Assembly: GCA_003963145.1 (NCBI GenBank)
Contig: RXJJ01000001.1
Span: forward strand, 217,358-281,357
Source: Bradyrhizobiaceae bacterium
Lineage (GTDB): Bacteria > Pseudomonadota > Alphaproteobacteria > Rhizobiales > Xanthobacteraceae
Reading direction: 5' to 3'
Length of the DNA: 64,000 nt
The position numbers and the translations under genes are program-made. The notes beneath the pieces were generated by a model. The model had not been told where the DNA came from. It searched no databases and saw only the letters and a list, made by a program, of their open reading frames with translations. Each line of letters opens with the position of its first letter. Within the stretch, counting starts at the first letter, position 1. Below are positions 33,096 through 45,100 of the stretch, one piece after another.

Positions 33096-33250
33096 TCTTC
33101 CCCCTCTCCCCTTGTGGGAGAGGGTGCTGAGCCGCGAAGTGGCGAAGCGGGTGAGGGGTTGTCTCAGCACACGATGGGAATCCCCCTCACCCGGCTCGAT
33201 CTCGTTCCACTCGATCTCGCCACCCTCTCCCACAAGGGGAGAGGGGAAGA
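33096..33250. repeat. Gene-less palindromic element (CCCCTCTCCCCTTGTGGGAGAGGGTG arms), copy 1
   Basis: 33101-33126 is the exact reverse complement of 33221-33246; inner GGGTGAGGGG/CCCCTCACCC pair. Confidence 0.85.
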
Positions 33251-33255
33251 GGAAT

Positions 33256-34446
33256 CTAAAACAGATCGAGCTGCGCGCCGCTGCGTTTGGGCCGATCGAA
33301 ATGCGCCGTGGTCAGTTTATAGCGGCGCTTGTTCAATCCCAGCCGTTCGCAGGCGATCTCGAACCTGCGGCCGATCATCCAGGCCATCGGTCCGGTTCCT
33401 TTCATCCGCGTGCCCCATTGCGAATCGTAATCCTTGCCGCCGCGCATGTCGCGGATCAGCGTGAACACGTGACGATAGCGGTCGGGATAATTCGCCATCA
33501 GCCATTCGCGGAAAAGATCGCGCACCTCGAGCGGCAGCCGCAGCAGGGTGTAGCCGGCCTCCTTCGCGCCGGCATGAGCGGCGGCGTCGAGGATACGCTC
33601 CATTTCCATGTCGTTGAGCGCCGGGATCATCGGTGCCGACATGACCGTGGCCGGAATACCCGCCTCGCTCAGAAGGCGAATGGCTTCGAGACGTTTCGAC
33701 GGCGTCGAGGCGCGCGGCTCCATGGTGCGCGCCAGTTTCGGATCGAGCGTGGTGATCGAGAGGGCGACCTTAGCGAGATTGCGCTTCGCCATCCGCGAGA
33801 GAATGTCGATGTCGCGCACGACCAGCGCCGACTTGGTGACGATGCCGACCGGATGTCCGGTTTTCTCCAGCACCTCCAGAATGCCGCGCATGATTTTATG
33901 CTCGCGCTCGATCGGCTGGTAGGGATCGGTGTTGGTGCCGATCGCGATCAGGCGCGGCTCATAGCCCGGCGCGGACAATTCCTTTTCTAGAAGCTGCGGC
34001 GCGTCGGGTTTGATGTAGAGATGGCTCTCGAAATCCAGCCCCGGCGACAGGCCGAGATAGGCGTGGGTCGGCCGCGCGAAACAATAGATGCAGCCGTGCT
34101 CGCAGCCGCGATAGGGATTGATCGAGCGGTCGAAGCCGATATCCGGCGAGTCGTTGCGGGTGATGACCTTGCGGGCGGTGTCGATCGCTACTTGGGTCTT
34201 GAACGGCGGCAGTTCATCCAGACTCTGCCAGCCGTCGTCGAAGGCAACGCGCGCCTCGGCCTCGAAACGGCCGCTGGCGTTGGACTGCGCGCCGCGCCCG
34301 CGCCGCCGCTCGCAGTCGATGGCGACCCCGAGTTCATCGAAATTGTTTTCAGCCGAGTGGGCAGAATCGCCCGCCGGTGAGGAGGGCGAAGACACCGGCG
34401 GGCGTTTGAGGGCCGGACCCTTGAAAGCTTGGGATGCTCGACTCAT
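33256..34446 (-). CDS. Radical SAM protein (PA0069/Rv2578c, SPL-like family)
   Basis: NPYRGCEHGCIYCFAR, IGTNTDPYQP. Confidence 0.88.
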   Translation of the reverse strand: MSRASQAFKGPALKRPPVSSPSSPAGDSAHSAENNFDELGVAIDCERRRGRGAQSNASGRFEAEARVAFDDGWQSLDELPPFKTQVAIDTARKVITRNDSPDIGFDRSINPYRGCEHGCIYCFARPTHAYLGLSPGLDFESHLYIKPDAPQLLEKELSAPGYEPRLIAIGTNTDPYQPIEREHKIMRGILEVLEKTGHPVGIVTKSALVVRDIDILSRMAKRNLAKVALSITTLDPKLARTMEPRASTPSKRLEAIRLLSEAGIPATVMSAPMIPALNDMEMERILDAAAHAGAKEAGYTLLRLPLEVRDLFREWLMANYPDRYRHVFTLIRDMRGGKDYDSQWGTRMKGTGPMAWMIGRRFEIACERLGLNKRRYKLTTAHFDRPKRSGAQLDLF

Positions 34447-34470
34447 GGCCACAACATAGGCGCGCCACAA

Positions 34471-34485
34471 GAACAAAACAAGAAC
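34471..34485. promoter_or_regulatory. Alphaproteobacterial LexA (SOS) box
   Basis: GAAC-AAAACAA-GAAC (GTTC-N7-GTTC on the minus strand), 24 nt upstream of the radical SAM start. Confidence 0.7.
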
Positions 34486-34561
34486 AATAAATTTGCCGCA
34501 AGCCGGAGCTATTCTGATGCTGCTACGTTCCGGTGATTGCGATTTTTGACTGGAGGATCAG

Positions 34562-34876
34562 ATGACCAAATTCTTGATGACGGCGGCGGCCGCAATCCTT
34601 GTGGCCACCGTGCTGGCTCCGAAGGGCGCGCAAGCCGGTCCGGTCTGCATGAGCGACATCACCCCGCCCGGCATGTACCGGAGCTGCGAATATCTCAGTG
34701 TCAGGGAATGCCGCAGGAACGCGCTTCACGCCGGCGGCGTGTGCGCCCGGCATCGCTATGTCAATGACGGCGGCTATCTGGATACGCCGAGCTTCGGGCC
34801 GATGGTGCTTTTCGACCAGAGCTATTTTTATGCTCCGCCGGTCTATTCAGGTGTCACCGTCCGCGCACGCTACTAA
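34562..34876 (+). CDS. Small secreted Cys-containing protein
   Basis: GGAGG RBS, signal peptide, CMS...SCEYLSVRECRRNA...GVCA. Confidence 0.7.
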   Translation: MTKFLMTAAAAILVATVLAPKGAQAGPVCMSDITPPGMYRSCEYLSVRECRRNALHAGGVCARHRYVNDGGYLDTPSFGPMVLFDQSYFYAPPVYSGVTVRARY

Positions 34877-35038
34877 GGCGCCGGTCACGTCGTTCTGAAC
34901 CGGACCGGCGCCTCGTGACCAGTCCCAGCCCGCCGCCCGTTCATTAAGCTTGCCTCGAAAACCTGCAAATCCGGGCTTTTCTCAATATGACAAAGTGATA
35001 ACCATTCTCCTGCGGAATATCTGTATGATGCGTGGTGA

Positions 35039-35611
35039 ATGATTAGCATCGTTATCCCTACCGAAGGCCAGGAACAGCCCGTTGTCGCCACCCTTGCCGC
35101 GCTCGTCCCGGGCGCGGCGGCGGGTATGGTGCGCGAGGTTGTGCTGGTGGATCGCTCCGACAACGACACCATCGCCCGGGTCGCCGATGTCGCCGGCTGC
35201 GACTTTCTGAAATTCGACGGCTCACGCGCAGCCGCGCTGGCGGCCGGCGCGAAACAGACGCGCTCCTCCTGGCTGATGTTTCTTCATGCCGGGGCGGTGC
35301 TGGATTCGAGCTGGATCGACGAATCAGCGCAGTTCATCCAGAGCGTGGCGATGAGCGGGCGCGAGCGCGCCGGCATCTTCCGCTACGCTCGCTCTCCTTA
35401 CGCTGATCTGCGCGTCAGTCACGGCGTGAGGCTGCTGTCCAATTTCATCGCCCGTCCCGGTGCGGATCAGGGCCTTCTGATCGCACGCAATCATTACGAA
35501 CGGCTCGGCGGTTATGTGCCGACGTCGCGGCGCGCCGAGGCCAAGCTGCTCTCGAAGATGGGCCGCACCGGCCGCGCCATGCTACGGACACGGATTTTCG
35601 TCGCGGCGTGA
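35039..35611 (+). CDS. Short glycosyltransferase family 2-like protein
   Basis: MISIVIPT, EVVLVD, WLMFLHAG (degenerate DXD region). Confidence 0.7.
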   Translation: MISIVIPTEGQEQPVVATLAALVPGAAAGMVREVVLVDRSDNDTIARVADVAGCDFLKFDGSRAAALAAGAKQTRSSWLMFLHAGAVLDSSWIDESAQFIQSVAMSGRERAGIFRYARSPYADLRVSHGVRLLSNFIARPGADQGLLIARNHYERLGGYVPTSRRAEAKLLSKMGRTGRAMLRTRIFVAA

Positions 35612-35619
35612 ATCCCTTT

Positions 35620-35719
35620 TGTCGTTCCCGCGCAGGCGGGAACCCAGACTCTTCGACCCCAGACTCATCCTTGAGATTTGGATTTGTCGTTCTGGGTCCC
35701 CGCTTTCGCGGGGATGACG
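35620..35719. repeat. REP-like dimer (GTCGTTCCCGCGCAGGCGGGAACCCA family)
   Basis: Arms 35620-35648 and 35691-35719 between convergent genes. Confidence 0.8.
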
Positions 35720-35723
35720 GCGA

Positions 35724-36278
35724 CTATCCCCGCGCCTTGCCCCGCTTCAGATGCTCGTCGAGGCGCGGCATGATCTCGACGAAATTACACGGCGTGGTGC
35801 GGTAATCGAGCTGATGGGCGAGAATGCCGTCCCAGCCATCCTTGCAGGCGCCGGGCGAGCCCGGCAGGCAGAAGATGAAGGTCGCCCCGGCGACGCCCGC
35901 AGTCGCCCGGCTCTGGATCGTGGACATGCCGATCTTGCCATGGCTGAGCATGTGAAACGCGATCGAAAATCCGTCCATGCGTTTCTCGAACAGCGGCTCG
36001 ACCGCCTCCGGCGTCACATCGCGCCCGGTGAAGCCGGTGCCGCCGGTCGTGATGATGACATCGACGCCCTGATCGGCAATCCACGACCTGAGCTTGCCAC
36101 GGATCGCCTCGACATCGTCGGGCACGATGTCACGCGCGGCGAGACGATGCCCGGCCGCCGCCAGCCGCTCGGCCAGCACGTTGCCGGACTTGTCGTCGGC
36201 AAGCGCGCGCGAATCCGAAATCGTCAGCACCGCGATATTGAGCGGTATGAAGGATTTTGATCGATCCGATGACGTCAT
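35724..36278 (-). CDS. moaB: Molybdenum cofactor biosynthesis protein B
   Basis: [39 protein letters not shown]. Confidence 0.93.
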   Translation of the reverse strand: MTSSDRSKSFIPLNIAVLTISDSRALADDKSGNVLAERLAAAGHRLAARDIVPDDVEAIRGKLRSWIADQGVDVIITTGGTGFTGRDVTPEAVEPLFEKRMDGFSIAFHMLSHGKIGMSTIQSRATAGVAGATFIFCLPGSPGACKDGWDGILAHQLDYRTTPCNFVEIMPRLDEHLKRGKARG

Positions 36279-36304
36279 GGCTCAATTCCGGCCGCAATAA
36301 TTGC

Positions 36305-36387
36305 CGTCATTGCGAGGAGCGGCCGCGACGAAGCAATCCATTTCTTTCACGTGCCTTCTGGATTGCTTCGCTACGCTCGCAATGACG
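36305..36387. repeat. REP-like dimer (CGTCATTGCGAG...GAAGCAATCC family), copy 1
   Basis: CGTCATTGCGAG/CTCGCAATGACG termini and inner GAAGCAATCC/GGATTGCTTC. Confidence 0.82.
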
Positions 36388-36399
36388 CCTGAGGCTTCC

Positions 36400-37332
36400 T
36401 TACAGATTATCCGTCGCGAAGGTGTTGCAGGCGGACGGCGTGCCCTGCTGATAGCCGATCATGAACCAGCGCTTGCGCTGTTCGGCGGAGCCGTGGGTGA
36501 AGGAATCCGGCACCACGCGGCCCTGCATTCGTCTCTGCAAGGTATCGTCGCCGATCGCGGCCGCGGTCCGCAACGCACCCTCGATATCGCCCGGTTCGAT
36601 GAAACCCGGCCGCTTCTTCGCCTCGCGGTTGACCCACACGCCCGACAGACAATCGGCCTGCAGCTCGACCTTGACCTGGATCGCATTGGCCTCGGCCTGG
36701 CTGCCGGCCCGCTGCTGCGCCGCCGTCGCCTTCGGCAGAATGCCGAGCAGGTTCTGGATGTGATGGCCCGCTTCATGCGCGATGATATAGGCAGCGGTGA
36801 ATTTGCAGGCGCTGCCCTGACACCCGCCGAACTTCGTCTCGATCTCGCGGAAGAAATTGGTATCGAGGAAAATCTGCTGGTCGGGCGGGCAATAGAACGG
36901 ACCCATGGCCGACTGCGCCATGCCGCAACGTCCGCCATTGGTGGCGTTCCTGAACAGCACGATGCGCGGGCCTTTGTAGGTGCGGCCGGTCTCGGAGAAA
37001 ATCTCGCTCCAGCGATCGTCAATTTCGCCAAGGATACCGGCGATCATGCTGCCCATGTCGTCGGTCGGCGCGCCGCGCTTGGCCTGCGATTGCCTGTCGG
37101 TCTGATAGGTCGGCGCCTGCTGGCCGCCGCCGGTGAGAATTTCAGCGCCGCCGATCAGAATGCGCGGATCGATGCCGACGGCCCAGCCGATCAGGCCGAG
37201 GATGATGACGGTGCCGATGCCAAGACCGCCACCGCCGCCCATCGGAAACCCGAAACCGCCGCCACCGCCCATGCCGCCCTGATCGCGGCGGTCGTCGATA
37301 TCGTCGCTGCGGCGGAAATCATCGTAACGCAT
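36400..37332 (-). CDS. Neutral zinc metallopeptidase (YpfJ family)
   Basis: MGPFYCPPD, AHEAGHHIQ (HEXXH), VELQADC, SFTHGSAEQR. Confidence 0.88.
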   Translation of the reverse strand: MRYDDFRRSDDIDDRRDQGGMGGGGGFGFPMGGGGGLGIGTVIILGLIGWAVGIDPRILIGGAEILTGGGQQAPTYQTDRQSQAKRGAPTDDMGSMIAGILGEIDDRWSEIFSETGRTYKGPRIVLFRNATNGGRCGMAQSAMGPFYCPPDQQIFLDTNFFREIETKFGGCQGSACKFTAAYIIAHEAGHHIQNLLGILPKATAAQQRAGSQAEANAIQVKVELQADCLSGVWVNREAKKRPGFIEPGDIEGALRTAAAIGDDTLQRRMQGRVVPDSFTHGSAEQRKRWFMIGYQQGTPSACNTFATDNL

Positions 37333-37609
37333 TGGCAGTCTCCTGAACCCGGCGCGGCTTCATGCGTCGGCACACGACATTAGAAGCACAAGCTCATTTC
37401 GAGCAGTTTCTTAGCGTGCCGGGCAAATTTTGCCTAGTGCCGCCAGCACGCGCGGCCGGTGCGACTTTCAATTCCGGCATGGAACGTTTCGGCGAATTCG
37501 CGCGCGAAATCAGACGAAAAGCGCACCGCGTCACATCTCCGAGTCAAGACAAGCGCGCCGGCTCGTCGATCCGCATCACGATACGCGTGCGCGCAAAACA
37601 TGCGCGCGA

Positions 37610-38839
<1,230 letters not shown>

Positions 38840-38864
38840 GCCCGCAGCCATCGCACCCAAAACC

Positions 38865-39485
38865 TCACGCCTTTTCCCTCTCCAGCACCTTCTGGACCGC
38901 CGGGCGCTGTTTCATGCGTTCGCGCTGTGCTGCGATTTTCGGAAATTCAGCAAGATCGACGCCATCACCCTGCGCCCAGCTTGAGACGACGAAAAGATAC
39001 GGATCGCAGACCGAGTAGGCCTCGCCCATCACCCACGGGCCCTTGATCATCCTGCTTTCGATCATGGCCATGCATGCGCGCATGTTGTCCGGCACCTTGC
39101 GCTTCATGTCCTCGATCGAGCTTTCCTCGCTCGCCCAGCGCAGCCCGCGCCCCTTATGCGAATGGAAGACATGCACGGTCGAGCAAAGGTAACTGTTGAA
39201 GGCCTGCACCTCGGCGAATGCGAAGGGATCGCTCAGGGGAGCGAGATTCGCGCCGGGAAAACTCTGCGCGACGTAAGCGAGAATGGCAGGTGTCTCGGTC
39301 AGGATGCCCCGGTCGGTCACAAGCGCAGGCACGCGGCCCTTGGGATTGATGGCAAGATATTCAGGCGAATTCTGCTGGTTCGCTTTCATATCGACACGAT
39401 CCGTCACGTAGTCCGCGCCGGACTCTTCGAGAGCGATGTGCGAGGCGAGCGCGCATGTCCCGACCCCGTAGTAAAGCTTAAGCAT
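38865..39485 (-). CDS. Glutathione S-transferase
   Basis: INPKGRVPAL, LTETPAILAY, YSVCDPYLF. Confidence 0.9.
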   Translation of the reverse strand: MLKLYYGVGTCALASHIALEESGADYVTDRVDMKANQQNSPEYLAINPKGRVPALVTDRGILTETPAILAYVAQSFPGANLAPLSDPFAFAEVQAFNSYLCSTVHVFHSHKGRGLRWASEESSIEDMKRKVPDNMRACMAMIESRMIKGPWVMGEAYSVCDPYLFVVSSWAQGDGVDLAEFPKIAAQRERMKQRPAVQKVLEREKA

Positions 39486-39487
39486 TC

Positions 39488-40603
39488 TTATTGTCCTCCC
39501 AGACCGTGCGCGATGACCTTGCGCATCACATTCGGCAGCGCCTCATCCTTTAACGCCGCGATTTTCACCCATCGCATGCCCTCTGGCGCGCGGGTGCGCA
39601 AGGCCACGTTCGCGGTATAGACGGCAAGCTCAAGCGGAAAATGCGTGAACACGTGCGTCACCACGCCCGCCTTGCGGTGCCAGCGCGCGACGCCGCTCAG
39701 AACCGGCGCCTGCATCAGCGCGGCCTTGTCCGTCTGCTCCGCGAGCCAGTCGCTGCCCGGCACCTCGAGCATGCCGCCGAGCAGGCCCTTTTCCGGGCGG
39801 GTGCGGACGAGCAATTCATCGCCCCGCGTCACCACGAAAGCCGCGCCGCGCCGGAGCAGGCCCGTCTTTTTTGGCGCCTTGCGCGGAAACGTCTCCTGAT
39901 CGCCGCGGACGCGCGCCGCGCAATTGTCGTTCAGCGGGCAGAGCGCGCAGGCGGGTTTCTTCGGCGTGCAGATCGTTGCGCCGAGATCCATCAGCGCCTG
40001 CGCCGAATCGCCGGCGCGGCTCGGGCCGAGCAGGGTCGCGGCGAGCCTCTGAATCTCGGGCTTCGTCTTCGGCAGCGGGTCCTCGACCGCAAACAGGCGC
40101 GACACCACACGCTCGATATTGCCGTCCACTGGCATGGTGCGGCGATCGAATGCGATCGCAGCGATGGCGGCTGCCGTGTAAGGCCCGATCCCGGGCAAAG
40201 CGCGCAGACCCTCTTCGGTATCGGGAAACATTCCGCCATATTCACGCAGCACGACGACGGCACAGGCATGCAGATTGCGCGCGCGCGAATAGTAACCGAG
40301 CCCGGCCCACATCCGCAAAACATCGTCGAGCGACGCCGCGCCGAGTTCGGCCACCGTCGGCCAGCGCGCGAGAAATTTTTCAAAATAAGGCCCGACCGCC
40401 TTTACGGTCGTCTGCTGCAGCATGATTTCCGACAGCCACACCCGATAGGGGTCGGCAGCCACGCCGGGCAGCGCGCGCCAGGGCAGCACGCGGCGATGCC
40501 GGTCGTACCAGGCGAGCAGCAACGCGGCGCGGTTATCCGCCGGTTCCTCGCTCCGAAATGCGGAGACTTTGTTTCGCCGCGCCAATGCGCCTGATAAAGT
40601 CAT
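39488..40603 (-). CDS. mutY: A/G-specific adenine glycosylase
   Basis: WLSEIMLQQT, WAGLGYYSRARNL, LPGIGPYTA, DGNIERV, CTPKKPACALCP; start approximate. Confidence 0.94.
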   Translation of the reverse strand: MTLSGALARRNKVSAFRSEEPADNRAALLLAWYDRHRRVLPWRALPGVAADPYRVWLSEIMLQQTTVKAVGPYFEKFLARWPTVAELGAASLDDVLRMWAGLGYYSRARNLHACAVVVLREYGGMFPDTEEGLRALPGIGPYTAAAIAAIAFDRRTMPVDGNIERVVSRLFAVEDPLPKTKPEIQRLAATLLGPSRAGDSAQALMDLGATICTPKKPACALCPLNDNCAARVRGDQETFPRKAPKKTGLLRRGAAFVVTRGDELLVRTRPEKGLLGGMLEVPGSDWLAEQTDKAALMQAPVLSGVARWHRKAGVVTHVFTHFPLELAVYTANVALRTRAPEGMRWVKIAALKDEALPNVMRKVIAHGLGGQ

Positions 40604-40629
40604 GTCCGAGTTATGCAACACAGGCGCGT

Positions 40630-41109
40630 ATGAGCAAGCCCGGTCCTCTCTTCGCCAAGCCGTTATCCGCGCTTTTGGCCGGCGTGTTCAGCGATGCCTT
40701 CGCCAAACAGGGCTTCGCCTCGCGCGAACTCGTGACGCGCTGGGCCGAGATTGCCGGCGAGGACATCGCCGCCTATGCCGAACCGCTGAAAATCCAGTGG
40801 CCGCGCCCGGTGGAGGGCCAGCCGCAGGAGCCGGCAACATTGATCCTGCGGGTGGAAGGTCCCCGCGCGCTGGAAATCCAGCATTCCTCGACCGTCATTC
40901 TCGAGCGGGTCAACCGCTTCTTCGGCTGGAGCGCGATCGGCAAAATCGCCCTGCGGCAGGCGCCATTGTCCCGCCGCGCCGAACGCAAGGCCATCAGGAC
41001 ACCCGACGCTGCGGCGCTGGCGAAAGAAACCGAAAAGCTCGGCGCCGTCGACGACAGCGGCCTGCGCGCGGCGCTGGCGCGGCTCGGGGCCACGATCAAG
41101 CGAAATTGA
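40630..41109 (+). CDS. DUF721/DciA family protein
   Basis: RWAEIAG, ALEIQH..VILERVNRFFG; divergent from mutY. Confidence 0.8.
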   Translation: MSKPGPLFAKPLSALLAGVFSDAFAKQGFASRELVTRWAEIAGEDIAAYAEPLKIQWPRPVEGQPQEPATLILRVEGPRALEIQHSSTVILERVNRFFGWSAIGKIALRQAPLSRRAERKAIRTPDAAALAKETEKLGAVDDSGLRAALARLGATIKRN

Positions 41110-41230
41110 CATTTTTCAGTCCGGGAAGCCGAATGTCCCGCAGCAACGCGCCATTGCCACATTTGCAGTTTCAAGCTAGCAGAGCGCCAAAATCGTATCG
41201 TTCTTTATTATCTCTGTCGTGGAGCCTCCC

Positions 41231-41887
41231 GTGATCGTCACGCGCCGCACCTTCTCAACCGCCGTCGCTCTGGCCGCTGCCGCCGCAGCCCTCGGCGTCT
41301 CGCCATGGACGTTTCTGACACAGGCCCACGCGCAGTCCCCGGAGGCCATCGCCAAGCCGAGCACGCTCGGCGACATGGCGCTCGGCTCCAAGGACGCCCC
41401 GGTGACCATCGTCGAGTACGCCTCGATGACCTGCCCGCATTGTGCGGCCTTCACGCGCGACGTGTTTCCGAAGCTGAAGGAAGCCTATATCGATACCGGC
41501 AAGGTGCGCTTCATCTTCCGCGAATTCCCGCTCGATCAGGCGGCGCTGGCCGCCTCGGCCGCCGCGCGCTGCATCGCCAAGGATGACGTCAACAAGTACT
41601 ACGCCCTCGTCGACATCTTCTTCAAACAGCAGGCCGATCTGGCGACCGATCCGTTCGCGACCATCGTGCGCGTCGCCAAGCAGGCCGGCTTAAGCGAGCA
41701 GATGATCAAGTCCTGCATCCAGGAAGACCCGAAGGTGCAGCGGGGCATTCTCGACGACCGCCAGTATGCCAACGACACCCTGAAGGTGAACTCGACGCCG
41801 AGCTTCTTCATCAACGGCACGCTGGTGAAGGGCGAGACCTCGTTCGACAGCTTCGAGAAGATCATCAAGCCCCTGCTCAAGAGCTGA
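41231..41887 (+). CDS. DsbA family thiol-disulfide oxidoreductase
   Basis: EYASMTCPHCAAF, VNSTPSFFING; GTG start. Confidence 0.88.
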   Translation: MIVTRRTFSTAVALAAAAAALGVSPWTFLTQAHAQSPEAIAKPSTLGDMALGSKDAPVTIVEYASMTCPHCAAFTRDVFPKLKEAYIDTGKVRFIFREFPLDQAALAASAAARCIAKDDVNKYYALVDIFFKQQADLATDPFATIVRVAKQAGLSEQMIKSCIQEDPKVQRGILDDRQYANDTLKVNSTPSFFINGTLVKGETSFDSFEKIIKPLLKS

Positions 41888-42186
41888 TCGGGCTATCGCC
41901 GGACCGGCATCGGGTTCCGGAAATGAAACCGGAGCGTGCAAGGCGGCGATAACACGTGGCGCGGGACTGGGAAAACACCTGCGAACCGCGTAGAAAACGC
42001 TCGGAAAATCCCTTTCGGCCTGTTCCCAAATCTCTTGGGAAAACCTTCTCCGGGCGTTGCCCTTGCTTTGGTCACTGGCCATTGTCGATCAAATGAGGCG
42101 TGTTACGCGACTCAGGCCGCGCTGATAAATTCAGCAGCGGCGTTGTTCCGGCGCAGCTTGAAAAGCGCCAAGCGAGACCCGATTGC

Positions 42187-45100
42187 ATGAAACTGACCCG
42201 CCTTCGCCTGCATGGATTCAAGTCTTTTGTTGAAGCCACCGACTTTCTGATCGAACCCGGCCTGACCGGCGTGGTCGGGCCCAATGGCTGCGGCAAATCG
42301 AATCTGGTTGAGGCGCTCCGCTGGGCGATGGGTGAAACATCCCACAAATCGCTGCGCGCCGCCGACATGGATGCGGTGATTTTCGCCGGTTCGGGCAACC
42401 GCCCCGCGCGCAACCACGCCGAAGTGGTGATGACCATCGACAATACCGACCGCTCCGCGCCGGCGGCGATCAACGATCATGAGACGCTCGAAGTTTCCCG
42501 GCGCATCGAGCGTCAGGCCGGCTCCGCCTATCGCATCAATGGCAAGGATGTGCGCGCGCGTGACGTGCAGATCCTGTTTGCCGACGCGGCGACCGGCGCG
42601 CGCTCTCCCGCCCTCGTCCATCAGGGCAAGATCGGCGAAATCATTCAGGCCCGTCCCGACCAGCGCCGCCGCGTGCTGGAAGACGCCGCCGGCGTGGCCG
42701 GCCTGCATGCGCGCCGCCATGAAGCCGAACTGCGCCTGAAGGCCGCCGAGAGCAACCTCACCCGCGTCGAGGACGTCATCGGCCAGTTGGCCAGCCAGAT
42801 CGAGGGCCTGAAGAAGCAGGCGCGGCAGGCGATCCGCTACCGCGAACTTCAGGCCAAGGTCCGCAAGGCCGAGGCGCTGCTGTTTCATCTGCGCTGGGTG
42901 CAGGCGAACACCGACGTCACCGAGGCCGGAAAGACCCACGATCTCACCGTGCGCGATCTTGCCGAGCGCACCCGCGAGCAGGCAGAGGCCGCGCGCATTC
43001 AGGCGATCCGCGCCGCCGATCTTCCCGGCCTGCGCGAAAACGAGGCGCGCGCCGCCGCCGGCCTGCAGCGCCTGACAAATGCCCGCGAAACGCTGGACCG
43101 CGAGGAAGAGCGCGCCAAGGAGCGCGTGATCGAACTCGACCGCCGCCTGACCCAGCTTGCGGGCGATATCGAGCGCGAGCAGCGCCAGATGTCCGACGCC
43201 GACGTGGCGCTGCAGCGTCTCGACGCCGAAGATGCGACCCTGAAGGACGAAATCGCGTCGCGCGTCGAAAAGCGCAGCGGTGCGGATCAGCGCTCCGCCG
43301 AGGCGCAGGCGACGCTGGCCGATGCCGAACGCACCTTTTCCGAACTGACCACCGCGCTCGCCGACCTGACCGCGCGGCGCAATCAGTTCGAAGCCAATGT
43401 CCGCACCCATCAGGGCCGTCTCGCGCGCATTGATCAGGAGATCGCCGGCGTCCAGCGCGACGTCGAAAAGCTCGACGCCGAAACCGGCAGCCTCGGTGAC
43501 CTCGCAGCGCTCGCACAGACGATGGAGGCCGCGCAGCAGGCGCTGACGCAGGCCGATACCGCCGCCCAGACCAGCGAGGCCGCCCATGTCGCGGCCCGCG
43601 CCAAACTGGAATCGTCGCGTGCGCCCGTGGTCGAGGCCGACAAGCGCGTGCAGCGCCTCGAGACCGAGGCCAAGACCATCGCCAAGCTCGTCACCAGCGA
43701 GACCAAGAATCTGTGGCCGCCGATCATCGACGGCGTCAGCGTCACCAAGGGCTATGAGAAGGCGCTCGGCGCCGCGCTCGGTGACGATCTCGACGCGCCG
43801 GTCGATGCATCCGCGCCGATGCGCTGGTCCAATCTCGGCGTTCAGTCCGGCGATCCCTCGCTGCCTGCGGGAGTCGAGTCGCTGGCGAGCCACGTCAACG
43901 CCCCGCCCGAACTGGCGCGCCGTCTGGCGCAGATCGGCGTGGTCAGCCGCGATCAGGGCGGGCAACTGGCTTCGCAGCTCAGGACCGGACAGCGGCTGGT
44001 GTCGGTCGAGGGCGACCTGTGGCGCTGGGATGGCTTTGTTGCCGCGGCTCACGCTCCAACCGGCGCGGCGCGGCGGCTCGCCGAGCGCGCCCGGCTGATC
44101 GATATCGAGGCTGAACTGGTTCAGGCCCGCAACGACGCCGCCGCCAAGCGTCAGGCGCTGGAAACCGCCGAAGCCGATCTGAAAGTGGCAGCGGCAAGCG
44201 AAACATCGGCGCGCGAAGCCGCCCGCAATGCGCGGCGCGAGGCCGACGCCGCACGCGAGCGCCATGCCGCCGCAGAGCGCGAGATCAACCGGCACGCCGC
44301 GCGCCGTTCCGCGCTCACCGAAGCCCATGCCCGCCTCACCGCCGACCGCAGCGAGGCGCATGGCGCGCATGAAGCCGCAACGCAGGCCGTCGCCGAATTG
44401 CCGGCGAGCCATGAGACGGAGGAGCAGCTCGCGGGCGCACGCGCGGCGATGGAAGAGCGCCGCAGCTTTGCGGCCCAGGTCCGCGCCGAAGCGCAGGCGC
44501 TGGCGCGCGAGGCCGAACTCGCCGACCGCAGGGTTCAGGCGATTCTCGCCGAACGCAACGAATGGCAGAGCCGCAAGGAAAACGGCGCGGCGCAGATCGC
44601 CACCATTGAGGAGCGCATCAGCGACGTGAAGACCGAGCGCGCCTCGCTCGACGACGCGCCCGCGCAGTTCGCCGAGAAACGCCGCGCGCTCATCAGCGAA
44701 ATCGAGACAGCGGAGGCCGCGCGCCGCACCGCCGCCGACGCGCTCGCCGAAGCCGAAAGGCTGATGGCGGAGACCGACCGCGAAGCCCGCGCCTCGCTGG
44801 AAGCCTTGTCCTCCGCCCGCGAGGCCACCGCCCGCGCCGAGGAGCGCATGGAAGGCGCAAAGCGCCGGGTCGAGGATATCGAACGCGAAATCCGCGACAT
44901 GCTCGAGGTCGAGCCGCATGGCGTCGCGGCGCTTGCCGAGCTCACGCCGGAATCCGAGCCCGCTCCCGTCGCGCAGGTCGAGGAGGAGCTTGAAAAGCTG
45001 CGCCGCGACCGCGACCGCCTCGGCTCGGTCAATCTGCGCGCGGAGGAAGAGCTGCGCGAGGTCGAGACCCAGCACACCTCGCTCACCACCGAACGCGATG

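Noticed and set aside
41888-42186. Long dsbA-smc intergenic region as an ncRNA or riboswitch
   Set aside because: No recognisable conserved motif or convincing structure by eye; would need an Rfam/Infernal search.
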